NCBI GenBank assembly: GCA_034780895.1
Contig: JAUZTB010000002.1
Coordinates: forward strand, 40,109,020 to 40,173,019
Source of the DNA: Rhynchobatus australiae
Taxonomy: Eukaryota
Length of the DNA: 64,000 bases
Reading direction: 5' to 3'
The notes under the pieces: model-generated
Databases searched by the model: none
Seen by the model: the letters and a program-made list of their open reading frames with translations, nothing else
What the model was told of the DNA's origin: nothing
In this document: piece after piece, positions 1 through 12,470 of the stretch
Numbering within the stretch: position 1 is the stretch's first letter
How the letters are laid out: every line of letters begins with the position of its first letter
Translations under genes and position numbers: made by a program

Positions 1-66
1 AGGTCCCAAGAAGCGAGGAGCGAGTTTCTTGGGCTCATCTTTGAGGGGGATGTCCTCAATGACAGA
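1..66 (-). mobile_element. Gypsy/Ty3 LTR-retrotransposon integrase fragment (GPY/F region), truncated by window edge
   Basis: Minus strand reads ...EDIPLKDEPKKLAPRFLGP, matching the DIPLK..KKLAPRF(I/L)GP(Y/F) motif of fish Gypsy integrases. Very short. Confidence 0.55.
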
Positions 67-399
67 ATCAGTCACGACTTGCTACTCTCACCATCTCCTA
101 AGAGCATGAATTTCCCTTCCTACTTGTTCACTGGTTTTCACAGATTGGTTTTAAATCTATCACTCTTTGAAGCACACTTGGGTGACCATTCTAGACAAGA
201 TGGTAAGTTTGTCATGAGCAATGTTATCCTGACACTTTTGAATTCTACAAACAGCAATAATATCACCATTTACCCTTCACATGTCCATTAAGAATTTATG
301 TAATTGTTCCTTGATATGATTCTTTCCATTCTGCGATTTATTTTGGTTTCCTTCTCAGTTAATGCAATATCATTTTTGAGCTTTTATTTGTTTATTTTT

Positions 400-900
400 G
401 GGTTATGGATATCATAGGTAAGGTCAGCATTCATTGACCATCCTTAATTAACCTTGAGACAATGCATTCCTGAATTACTACAGTCCTCTGATGAAGATAC
501 TCCCACAATGCTGTTGGATTGGCAGTTCCAGGAATGAGACTCAGATGTAGGAATGGGAAAATATTTCCAGGTTGAGATCAAATGCAGCTTACAGGGGAAC
601 CCGTAGATGGTGGTGTCTTTGTCTGTCTTGATGGCGTTGTTCACAAATTAAGGAGATGCCATTGAAGTAATCTGCTGTGCATTTTGTAGGTAGTACAACG
701 TATTGCTACACCACTCCAGTAGGGGAGGGAATGAATGTTTAGTTTTCTTATTAAGCAACCAAGTGTGGATGTTGGAGTTACACTATTCAGGCAAATTGAA
801 TATGTTCCATCACACTTCTGGCTTGTGACTTGCAAATGGTGGAAAGGTTTTGAGACGTCAGGTGAGCCAATCTCACAGTTTACCCAGCATTGACTATGTA
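400..900 (-). mobile_element. Degraded 3' part of a CR1-group LINE (same family as 44290-45900)
   Basis: Reverse complement resembles the 3' tail of the copy ending near 45900 (cagcattcattgaccatccttaattaaccttgag versus aataaatgctggc). Confidence 0.55.
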
Positions 901-1014
901 ATGGACTGGAGAACTATTCAATTGTATCATAGCCACTACATTAAACAGAAAATGGAGAAAGCTGCATTTACCACCTGGCATTGATCAAAGGACTGAATTC
1001 AGACACACCAGTGT

Positions 1015-1110
1015 CGTTACAATCTGCTGGAAGAATTCAATGGGTCGAGCAGTCTCTGTGGGAGGAAAGGAATCCCCAACATATTGGGTTGAAACCCTGC
1101 ATCAGGACTC
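1015..1110 (-). repeat. Penelope/MER6-like short repeat end
   Basis: atctgctggaagaattcaatgggtcgagcag...gaaaccctgcatcagg; related copies near 10850-10950 (opposite strand) and 55015-55075. Confidence 0.5.
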
Positions 1111-1784
1111 CAATGTCGTTCCCATCTGCAGTGACTAAAACTATATTCCAAGTGTCATTATTCCAATAATTATTGAAGTGCAGCAGCAGCACTAGTTCAC
1201 CAGTGTAGCTGAATACTGTCCTCTTAATGCAATATCTAACTTGCACTGTTAATTTCATCCATGACTGGTTATAATAACTTCAGGGTCCCACATAATTTAA
1301 TAACAGCTGTTTCAGGCAACTCATAAATCTTTAACATTTTAAAGAATCACACCCACTGAAAACTAGATTTGAAAAGATAAAGGCAAGAATTTGCTAAGAA
1401 CATCCTGCAGAGTTAAGTGCTGCTCATCATCATTAGTGGCCTGGAATTTGTTGGTAAATGCTGGCAGCACAGTTGGGGAAAGTCTCAGCCTCGCTGGCTG
1501 ATCTCCACCAGCAACGTTTCAGCCACGGGCTTCCTGTGAAGTCCAATCATGGAGCAGAAGCTTGTTGAGATTCTCGAGCAGGCACACTGGGAAATCTGCT
1601 CTTGGATCCTGCATTGAGTTATATCTGCCACCGGATCCACAAGGTTGAATAAGGATTGTAGGGTACAAAGGGGAAGAAAAAGCTAAGTTATATTTAATTA
1701 TTCATACGTTTTATTGCTTTTAATTATTTAAAAATGGATAACAATATGAGCAATAGTGACGATAGCAACATGAAACTACAAGGA

Positions 1785-1930
1785 TTAGAGTAATGCTATT
1801 ACAGCACCAGCAACCTGGGTTCAATTCCCGCCACTGTCTGTAAGGAGTTTGTACGTGCTCCCTGTGCCTGCGTGGGTTTCCTCCGGGTGCTCCGGTTTCC
1901 TCCCACATTCCAAAGACGTACAGGTTAGGA
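1785..1930 (+). mobile_element. tRNA-derived V-SINE (HE1-like)
   Basis: B-box gggttcaattccc followed by V-domain gtgggtttcctccgggtgctccggtttcctcccacattccaaagacgt. Confidence 0.8.
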
Positions 1931-1949
1931 GTTAAATAAATAAATATCT

Positions 1950-2400
1950 TAAAGAAATAGAAGCAGGAGTAGGCTAATTAGGCCCTTGAGCCAATTTGCC
2001 CATTTCATAAAACCATAGCTGATGTGATCATTGGCCTCAACTCCACTTTCTTGTCTGCTTCCCAAAATCCTCAAACTACCTGCCAAAAATCTGAATATAC
2101 TTAATGGATTAGTATCCACAATCATAGTAAAATACCTGACCTTCTGAGAAAACAAAAATTATTACTCACCCGCCTCTCTGACTATCCTACCAGGAAAAAT
2201 CATGTCACAGCATCTACCACGTCAAACCCATCATCCTATCTCACCTAATTCCGCCCTGATACCTCATTGGTTTCAATATTTTTTTCTCCATATTTCTAAA
2301 CTCCAGAGAGCATAGACTCAACCTTTCTTCACAAGATAATTACTTTCTCCCTGGAACCAATTCAGTGAATCTTCTCTGCACTGCAATCTGGTTTACGAAT
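1950..2400 (-). mobile_element. CR1 LINE 3' end, degraded
   Basis: aagaaatagaagcaggagtaggc...ggcccttgagcc is the reverse complement of the typical chondrichthyan CR1 3' tail. Similar short tails near 4590, 8810, 26200, 32610 and 33680. Confidence 0.6.
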
Positions 2401-2779
2401 ATCCTTTAGGGAAGAAAATATGCTACTCTTTTCTGGTCTGGCCTTCAGGCGGATGACTCTTGCCTGTCCTCTGAAATAGCTTGACCAGCTTTTCTATTCA
2501 GGAGACAAAGTTGTGTAAACACTCCAAAACTTTTCTCAACCTTTCATACAATAATGCTACTGCAGGGAAGCTAATCTACAGGGAAACTGTTCAATTTACA
2601 TTGCCTCCATTCCAGAATGAACTTCAGTCTTAGAACTTGTTCTTGTGCCCATTCAAAGGCCAAACTCCAAGTCACCATTGACTAATTCACTGAGGCATTT
2701 AAAAGATTGGGCTTATATTAAACATCAAAAGCTCCCTACTCCAAACTGTCTTCACAGCATAACACAGTCCTACAATGAT

Positions 2780-3480
2780 AAAAGAAAACAACACCATAGA
2801 AAATGTAATACTACTTCTAACATCTTGGCAGCCACCAGTCAGTGAAAACAGACGTTGAAATTTACTTCCAATGGGTCAGAACGGTCTTTGGCAGTTTGAA
2901 GAAAAGAGTATTTGAAGATCAAGACCTCAAACACAGCATAAACCTCATGGTCCACTGGGAAGCAAAGATCCTTTCTGAGACTTGGACAACCTACACCTTA
3001 AAGCACTGGAGAGGTACCATGAATGCAGTCTCTCACAAAATCTATCAAATCCAATGGCAGGACAGATGAACTGATGCCCTCTCCCTGGCTTACATTAAGG
3101 TTAAAATTCCACTCAGCTGGCTCTGATGAACAGAGTTTTCCCATGCCCAACACCAGACTCAGGACAAGCACGCTATTCAAAGCTTAATCGTGGCCAGAGA
3201 TTGCCAGGAAAATAAAGGAAACATTTGAAGGATGTTCTCAAAGCCTCCTGGAAAAGCATAACATCCTCACCAACTCGTGCAAATCCTTGGCTCAGGACTA
3301 CTCTAAATAGAGGTGGAGTATCTGCAATGGAACTGAGAACCTCAAGACTCTTCGGGGGGAAAAATGTGCAAACCCAGCCCAAACAAAAGAGAAGTGCACC
3401 ACCTCTCATGCTATCCACCTACCTTCCCCTCACCTGTGATAGAGTGAGCAGTCTCACAACGTCATCAACCATCCCAGAAT
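2780..3480 (+). mobile_element. RTE-clade LINE fragment (C-terminal to RT), degraded
   Basis: ORF 2842-3069 DVEI..VRTVFGSLKKRVFEDQDLK...ETWTTY...KIYQIQWQDR and 3225 KDVLKAS match RTE/BovB-type ORF motifs. Confidence 0.75.
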
Positions 3481-5639
3481 CCACAGAACTAGAGCAGAAA
3501 TACAGCATCCTCCACTTCAAGGTTGGAGGATGAGCAAAATAGAGGACAGAGGGATGGAGGGAGAAAATGAGAGTGAGAAAGAGACAGAGAAAGCAAAAAA
3601 GAGACACGGTAAGAGAGAGAGAAGAAAGGAAAAACACAATATTAAATTATATGGAAAAAAAGCAGAATTGCAGTTGAGCAATCCTCCGGAAACCAAAAAT
3701 TTCTTTAAATAATTAAGTTATTCTTAAACAGAAAAAAAAAAGAGACAGTAGTTTGGAAACAGAAGCTTTAGTTCCAGTTTTGTGGAAATGTCAATCTCAG
3801 TCAAAATGAAATGTTTCATGATATTAAAGAAACATAATTGACTTCTTATGATTTTTGGCATGAAAGAGTTCACATTTCACTCTCCTAGACCCTCAGTTTA
3901 ATGTTTCCAAACAATCCTACCCTAAGAAGAGGCAGATGCCAACATTATCCCAAGAACAACTCTGTGGCGGTTTACTCAATACACGATAATCCTGCAGAAT
4001 GACCCAGTATGTTCAGAAAACACATTCCTGTGAAATTTGGAAATGAATGTGACAGGCATATGTGTAATTATAAAATTGTACTGATGGTTTTCCATTTGGT
4101 TTTGGGAACATTCAAGCAAAGTTTTATATTTTCTACATTCTAGAATACAAATAAAAATTCCAGATGGTTTGGTGCTCAATGCAAGGCAAAAGTCTTAACC
4201 TTTTAATACCGCCAAAGGCAACATTGGTGAAATCAATCATATGGCAAAAGGAAAAACAGATGCTTCTCAACCTGCACCTGACACTCACCCTCAGTCTTCC
4301 TGACAATCCCACATCCCTGTGTTATGGTTCAATACCCACAGTGCTCTGGTACCTTCTGACACTTTACACATGGTCGAGATCCAAGTACAAACAACTCATT
4401 CATGCACAAGTGATATTCCTTTCACTGACATTATCATGGATAAACCACGAGTTTATTTTTTTGGATTCAGGTTCGCAAACACTCATGTTCACATTGTCTA
4501 ATGACATTTGGAGAAATGATCACAAAACTCAGATGTTTTCTCAAAATCAGTATTCAATATTATCAAATACTGACATACAAATCTACAGATTAGGAGCAGG
4601 AGTAAGTCACTGAGCCCCTTGAGTCTGCTTCACCACTCAATAAGATCATTGCTAATTTGATTGCACCCTCAACACTGCATTCCTGCTTTCCCCAGTAGTT
4701 ACTCAGTAATCAGATTCTGCCTTAAAAATATTCAAAAACTCTGCTTGCACTGGAGTAGAGTTCTAAAGACCTCACAATCCTCTGAGAGAAAACAACTGTT
4801 GAATCTAGAATCAAGAATTTCTGGAAACTGTATACTCTTCTCTTGCTCAGATAGATTTAAAGCCAATTTATTCACACACTGATAATCTTGGTGGATTCCA
4901 AGTTGATTTATGAAAATCTTCTGCCATTCTGATAAGAAGAGTCCTGTGCAAAATGAAGTAATTTAGCCAGCTGCATTACTCTGTCCTTTGTGAATTGTCC
5001 TGATTTGCCATTCGCTGTTAATATGATTGAGTCAGTCAATTTTGCTGCTGTAGTAGGTGGTTGTTACTCCACCTACATGAGGTGAAAATTTGCTGTTGAT
5101 CAATAGAAGTAAGACTAAGAAAAGGCTATCAGAAAGTTGGAAGGGGGGAGGATACGAGTAAAAAAATTTAGAGAAAACCACAAGATTGGTGTTGCATGAT
5201 GCTGGGAATAAAAATAAGGACAAAGGCACTAAAGACATAGATAAGGGAAACGGCACAGTGGTAGTTGACAAAAACAAGAGTGATTTGTTGAGGATTTTAA
5301 CTAGTGTAGAAGCAAGGGCTGGCTATATCACCCCTCAAGCCTGTTTCACCAATGACTGATCCTGTGTATGGCTGAACACTCTGCGGTAGAAAATTCCATC
5401 AGTTTATGACCTTCTACTTAAAGCCTAAAATGCACAAAGGAAATTAGGTTAAATCTAGTGCAAAGGGCCTGGGAGAAGATGATGACCACTGCATATATTA
5501 GTAGCTTTTTAACCTTCACTAATTGTTTGAATATTTCATACACACTACAGCTCTGATAGAATATTAATTAGTGTTTGTCTTCATTTTCTTCTGAAACATT
5601 CATTCACCATTCTTTTAACTTATCTACTCTAAAATGTTA

Positions 5640-5875
5640 GATATTTATTTATTAGTCACGTGTAGATCGAAACACAGTGAAAAGCATCTTTCCGCATTAC
5701 TGAGAATGTGCTGGGGGCAGCCCACAGGTGTCACCACTCTTCTGGCGTTAACATAGCCTGCCCACAGTTCCTAACCTGTACGTCTTTGGAACGTGGGAGG
5801 AAACGAGCACCGGGAGGAAACCCACACAGACACTTTGGGAGAACATACAAACTCCTTACAGACAAGACTCCTTTC
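5640..5875 (-). mobile_element. V-SINE, reverse orientation
   Basis: acgtctttggaacgtgggaggaaacgagcaccgggaggaaacccac...aaactccttacagac is the reverse complement of the 1785-1930 SINE body. Confidence 0.8.
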
Positions 5876-6789
5876 AGACTTCTTTGTTTCTCTGCTACCT
5901 GCTCTTTTAATATTTCCCTGTCAAGTATGTCCCCCATCCAATTTTTCTCTATTTATGAGTTTAGCTGAATCCTTTCATAATCTCAGAATATTGGCATCAA
6001 TTCATTTCAAAACTGATTCCACGAAGTTCCAAAACTGCATGAAGCTCCATGCCACAAAAAGGTTTGCCAAGAAGTAGAGTCAATATAGATCTCATCAATC
6101 AGTTCCATGACAGAAGATTTTCATTTGACAACATGACTCAAAGGTTCACAAATAGAGTTGGGAGGTTAAATGAACAATTTGGAATGTTGTTTGGAAGACA
6201 TTTTACAGTTTGTCACAGTGCCAAAATAATGCATATTTTCTGCCTTTCTCCATTGTAACAGTACATTTTACAGAAATATTTTATAATTGTAATATGTGTA
6301 ATATGGGCAGTTTTCAATCTACCCTGACCTCAAACAGTCTGCAATGTGTAATTTCTCTTCCATTCACAGCAGTAAGCAATAGTAAAATCAGAAAAGAAAT
6401 TATCTCATATTGCATGCAATGGAGCTAAACAGAAAGATATTTTCCGTATTTTCATTTAAATCAACAATGGGATAGAAATTTGTTCTCAGTCATACATGTG
6501 GAACATGCTACATGCACATTGAACTCTGACTTCAATGGTACCAAATTTTGGAGGCTGAGTTCAAAATACATAGATTGCTATACTGTGAAGTTACAACATA
6601 CAACAGAGGAAATGTTTTACCCTGCTCTTAGTTTTAGCCATCATTTCTGCTGAAGCGGAACTGTTAATCATTTCTGATTGATAAAATACATTTACTCATG
6701 ACAAGATGAAATTGCCTCCATGTTATCATTAAGATGTAACAAATGCTGCTGCAGTACTTTTAAACACCTGGGAAATTATATAACACGTG

Positions 6790-6980
6790 AAAACTGAGTG
6801 GGTGGTCGAGGAAGGTATTCTTACAGCATTTAGGAAGCATCTAGATAATCACTTCAAATGCCAAAGCATAATAGGCTATGGGCCATGTGCTGGTAAATGG
6901 GATTAATATAGCCAGATACATGATCGTCGGCATAAAATTAGTGGGCCAGATGACCTGTTTCTGTGCTGTATGACTCTAAA
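6790..6980 (+). mobile_element. CR1 LINE 3' tail
   Basis: gtggtcgaggaagg...catttaggaagcatctagat...cctgtttctgtgctgtatgactcta; same tail as 44100-44245 and 61340-61565. Confidence 0.65.
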
Positions 6981-9654
6981 GGATTGCTGTGATAAGGAAG
7001 ATTTGGCAATAACAAGTTTCCTGTATGTACAAAACAGAGAAATAATACAAATGCTGTCTTCTCCACAGATGTGCCGAATCATTGTATTCCCATTCTATTT
7101 CTAATAGGGCTGCAAGCCCAATGTTGTGTTTTATTCTTAAGAGCGGAAAACTAGGTGCAATATATTGCAATATAATTTTCTGATCACAAAGACCAGTAGC
7201 ATATGGATCGTAAACCATTGATGCATTCTGAAACATTTTTAAATTAAATTTGCAGAGAGATTCTCTGAACCTGTTAATTAGTTTCCCTGAGGGTGTGGTT
7301 TCTATTATTCACAAATGAACAAACAATGAAGTCTAACTAGATTTGATCCAGCCTACTGACTGAGACATTTCTACCTCATCTAAATGCTCTTACTGTTCAA
7401 TAACACTTATCAGAAAATACCTTAAAAACAAGCACCAATTATTTCTATTCCAGTTCTCCACAGCTAAAAAATTACTGCCAAGGTTTTTCCTAGTTCATTA
7501 GCCTCTCATGAACAGAAATGCCAAAGTTGGACTTAACTGTGCAAAAAGATGAGGATTAGGATAGTAATGTTGCAAAACTATAAGAACTAGTTAAAAGAAT
7601 AATCCAAATATGCTTGTAATACAGGTCTTAAAATGCACGGTTAGGTAACAAAGCACATTGCTTGACATCGCTTTGTTACTTGTTTCCTTAAAGTGCAACG
7701 TGTGGTGGGCAAAGCAGGATTCATGTTGCTGGTTGGGGCTACGCTCTGCTCACTGACAGCAAGAGCTCTGTCCCTTTCAGTTATATTGCATACACTTCTT
7801 TATTATGTTACAAAAAAGCAATGTGGCACATTCAATTTTGCAACGTATAAATATTTGTACTCTTCAGTGAACAGCAGGGGTTGGAAATTGCATTACTCTC
7901 TTTTAAAAGCATCAAAACAGTTATCCTAATGCTGCCTGTCCAAGTTGCAAAAAGATCTAAATCTTTAATTGAGAAGTTTGCAGAACAGTATTGTTGGGTT
8001 TCCCAGTGTAACATCCTGCCGCACAAGTGACACTATCAGTTATAGCAGGGTGTTCCAAATAGGTGGGTTGCAAGTTCAGACATAAAGCAAATAGCAATCT
8101 TCCAACTACCAGGGAGTTTGCTGAATAAATGGATGCTGTAATGATGGGAGGGGAATGGGAGAGTGCTCCCAGGGAGTGAGAGAAAATTGAATGGGTTTGT
8201 CAAGAATAGTGATTTAAGGATACATAATCTTTGTGCAAGGGGGCCACAGGGATTCTCCATGGCCATAGCCAGGAGATTGACAGACAGATTGCAAGGAAAT
8301 GACAGGATGCATTTTGGGGAAACCTGAAAAGCAGCTCCTGAGTGCTGAAAAACTAAGTAGAAGAAATCTTCTTTCCCAAATGTGGAATTTGGGCCATCTC
8401 CCTGGCATAGAAATGAGCTGTGAAAGAGCAATGGCAGCAGATTGAAATGACCTTGAGGCTGGCAAATTGAGAAAGATTGTGACACTGACTTCCAAAAACA
8501 AAGTATTCCAGAAAAAGGGCGAGGCTGTTCTTGAGGTCAGAGATTTCAGCAAAGACTAACAATGCAGTTTGAGTGTTCCATTCACTAAACTATATTGTTT
8601 CAGAGGAAAAGAGTTCAGAAAGACATTGCTAAGTGAGTCAACAAGAAATGTCCCCATCAGTAAGGCTGAAATTTCCATTGCAGACAAACCCTGCATGTTG
8701 CACCACCATTGGCATCATTTGGGAGATTTTTGCACTGTAAATAGGATGGAAGGGTGAAAGAAAATCCCACTGAAAAGTCAGGAATTGACTTTACTGATAC
8801 AAGAACACAAGAATAGGAACAGGAATAAGAACAAGAATAAGAATAGGAATATCTTGTGGCCTGTCATTCAGCATTATCATGGCTGATCTGAGCTGATCTC
8901 TACAGTTCCCTTGAGGCAGAGAATTCCACCAAGACATTCAGAAAAGTGTGCATAATTGCTCCACTGTGTGTTCAATCAATTGTCAATGGAACAATTCTGC
9001 CTTATTTTGGAAAAAAAACTGATTAATTAGTTATTATCACATTCCAGTTGGTGGGAGATTGTTGTGTNNNNNNNNNNGTCCGTTAGTTATTCTGCTCGAG
9101 GCTTAGACTGCTGGAGGACAAACTGACCACATTTCCTCTCTCTGCTGCTTCTTTACTTGCTCTACTACACGTGTTAGAGTTTGTATTTATTTCCATCTTT
9201 AATTTATTGTTTTCTTTGAATTAAAAGACTTTCCAGGCCTTTTTATTCTAAAGACTTTTGACATTGGACTATAATTATGCACTGCCAAGGTCAACAGGCT
9301 TTCAGAGAAATAAAAGACCTTTAAGTAAAACCACAGACAAGTAGCAAATGGCCAAATACTTTTGGTGGGTTTTGCATGTTTACTTTTTTCATATGACCAC
9401 TGCTACATATTAAACATATGTTTAGCATTTATAAAAAAGAAAGCTAAAATTGGAATGGAAAGCAGAAGAGGACTGAGGTGTTACAAACTGACTAAGCTTT
9501 TAACCCACAGGGTTAACATAATTGGTGTTTGTTTATAAATGTTTAATATTTTCACAATTTTCACATGAAGATATTTCCTCACCTCTATTCCTCTCTCACA
9601 GTTCAGTTACAGTTTGATTCATTCACAATACAGCGAAACATTCAAATAAGAAAT

Positions 9655-9850
9655 GCGGGTGCTCCGGTTTCCTCCCACATTCCAAAAGAAGACATATGGG
9701 TTCGGAAGTTGTGGGCATGCTATGTTGGCACTGGAAGCGTGGTGACACTTGCTGCCCCCAGCACATTCTCAGACTGTGTTGGTTGTTAGTGCAAAAAGGC
9801 ACATTTCACCATGTGTTTCGATGTACAGTACATGTGACTAATACATAGAT
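9655..9850 (+). mobile_element. V-SINE 3' portion
   Basis: gggtgctccggtttcctcccacattccaaaag...ctgcccccagcacattctcag...catgtgactaata; complements the 5640-5875 copy. Confidence 0.75.
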
Positions 9851-10849
9851 ATAAGTATAAAAATGCTCTAACAAACCTGTAGGTCAATGCCAAAATTAAT
9901 AATTTGCTGAAACATTAAATTGTACACAACCTGTTAGTCATCATCAACAAAACTATTCGTGTTTTATTTAAATAAAATCTTTAAAATAAACAACACTGAG
10001 ATTGAACAAAAATCAGATCAGATTTAATCGTTTGGCAGCTGAAGCACTTAATCTGTTTTAAAATTAGCAATTTCTAATAGTTACTTACATTTATTTTACC
10101 TAAACATCTAATAACTAGGGAAATCAAGATAACTTCTGAACAGTAACCATTTACGATTCTTCTTAAATATGGTACCTGGATAATATGTTTAAATCAAGTT
10201 TAGTTTAATGTTAAGTTTAAATTTGAATTTCTGTTTTATTTTTAAATAAATATAGAAACATTTGAAGGAAAAAATGAAATCCAGCAATTCCAAAGAGAAT
10301 TATTTTAAATCATACAACATAACTGCCATGTATTATTTCTACATTAATAAACACTTACTGTCTGAAAACTGACTTCTTCCCAATCTAAACTTAGAAGGTC
10401 ATTTACCCTAAATGTTAATTCTGTTCCTCTCTCCAAACATGCTGCCCAATCTGCTGAGAATTTCTTTCATTTTCTACTTTGGTTTCAGCTTTCCAGAATC
10501 AGAAGTATTTTGCTTTTAAATTTGAAATTAATAAACTTTCTACAACCCTTTTGTTTGTTTGATATATGGGCAGAATCTGTTACAAATTTCAGCTATTGAA
10601 TAACTGTCACAATTGTCTTTTGATGATTGGTCATAAAATAAATGAAGCTACATAGCATGTAAAGTTCTTTTCCTTCGTAATCAGTCCTAGGACTTGAGGA
10701 TGACTATCTTCTACTCCAGTTCTGATATTAAATGGAAGATGCTTGAGTAGGATTTCTTTTTAATGGGGAATGGGCATTGCATTCTGGTGTCCACACAAAA
10801 TTGATAAGAGCGATATCTTGAACCAATGACAAGCTAGTCCAAGACAACT

Positions 10850-10955
10850 GAAAGAAGGGTCCTGAAGAAGGACCTGACCCGAAACGTTGACCGCCTGCTT
10901 TTCTCCATGGAAGCTGCCTGGCCTGCTGAGTTCCTCCAGCATCAATGTATTTTTC
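10850..10955 (+). repeat. Penelope/MER6-like repeat end
   Basis: gaagaaggacctgacccgaaacgttgac...gctgcctggcctgctgagttcctccagc. Confidence 0.6.
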
Positions 10956-12117
10956 AACTGAAAACCTGACCTTCTGTGTGGACTTACACATAAATAGATA
11001 CCTAGCCACACTGTGTCTACAGTCACACTAAGTTCTTACCCATACTTTCTTTTTTGGCTTCCTCTCACAGGCCGCCCCCCACCCCCCATCCACACTTCTT
11101 CTCCATCAATATCCCACCCCAAAACCCTCTCTCTCTGTCCTTCCTCCTCCAATGTTTACCAGTCCCTTCCCCTTACACATTCTACTCACAGCACGGCAAC
11201 TCACCAATGACCATAAATGAAGGTTATTGATTATGTTAGTATATAAAGCAAACACATGGTTTACCCCATCAGTTGCAATGAAAAAACTACTGTGGCCTCA
11301 CTTCTTTTCAAGGAAGATACTTTAGAAGCTTAAGTTGGCAATACATTAAAATTTAATAGCTTTTAACCAAATTCTGACATGCAATCTGTTACCTTGCAAA
11401 AGGTTACCCCTGAATGACAATCATTTCTACTTCAGTCATTGAAAAAATGTAGCCACTGCACACAAATACAATTTGCCATCTGATAGCACAGACTTGGATG
11501 GGAATATTGTGCTTCTGAAAGGTTTGCACTGTAAGGAGCCATGTGATCCTCGTCCATTCTGCTGTATACACTGTGCCACAATAGGGCAAATGAGCAGGAA
11601 CTTGGTCGCAGATGTGGCTTTAAACAAATGTCTTCAAGAAACAATAAGGGTTACAGAGACAGAGATGTGCCGGGAGGGAATTCCAGAGCTGACAGCCTTG
11701 AGAGATGAAGTTATTCAATAGATGAAACTCGGAAATGATCAAGAGATTAAAATTTGAGAAGCGCAGATTGCAGGACTGAAGAAGGTTACTGAGACCGGGA
11801 GGAGTAAAGTCACAAAGGGATCTGAAAACAGTGGGTTGAAAACTTCAAAATCAAAACTGTGATGAAGCATGGTGCAGTAGATGAATAATGTAAACAACAA
11901 ACTCTAATGGATAACCGTTCAGAATATATTTTCAATTGGATTCTCTTGATGTATGAATCTCTATTGATTAAAATGGTAAATTTCTGGTCAGAAGACTGGA
12001 CCAGAAGTATTAACTGCTTCTATTCCACACATTATACCTGACCTACTTTGTGTTTACAGCATTTTCTGTTTTCAAAAAACGCAAGATACTAACCATTTTG
12101 TAAGGTATCAAGTTTGG

Positions 12118-12470
12118 GACAGCACATTGGTGTAGCCAGTAGAGCTGCTGCCTCACAGCTCCAGTGAGGGGGGTTCAATCCTGACCAGCTGTGCTGTCAG
12201 TTTAGAGTTTGCCATTCTCTCTGTGACACATGGGATTCCCCTGTGTGCTCCATCCAGTTTCCGTTCATATCCTAAAGATGTGCAGTTTGGTAGCCACTGT
12301 AAATTTTCCCTAGTATGTGGGTAAGTGATAGCATCTGGAGAGGGGGTGGGTGGGCTGGAAATAATTGATGAGAACTCAGGGTAAATAGGTTACAAGGAAA
12401 ATCAGTGGGAGAATGGCATTGCTATAAGTCAGCATAGACTTGATGGCCCAAAATAATCTTCTTCTTTGTT
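12118..12470 (+). mobile_element. V-SINE, diverged
   Basis: A-box-like tggtgtagccagtag, gctgcctcacagctccag, B-box gggttcaatcctg, then V-domain. A more decayed copy lies at about 13455-13740. Confidence 0.7.

Noticed and set aside
1785-1830. tRNA-like A/B boxes
   Set aside because: These are SINE heads followed by V-domains, not tRNA genes. No rRNA, CRISPR or prokaryotic features were seen.
8036-8760. Overlapping minus-strand ORFs up to 149 aa
   Set aside because: No recognisable domain; looks like a highly decayed LINE but cannot be assigned.
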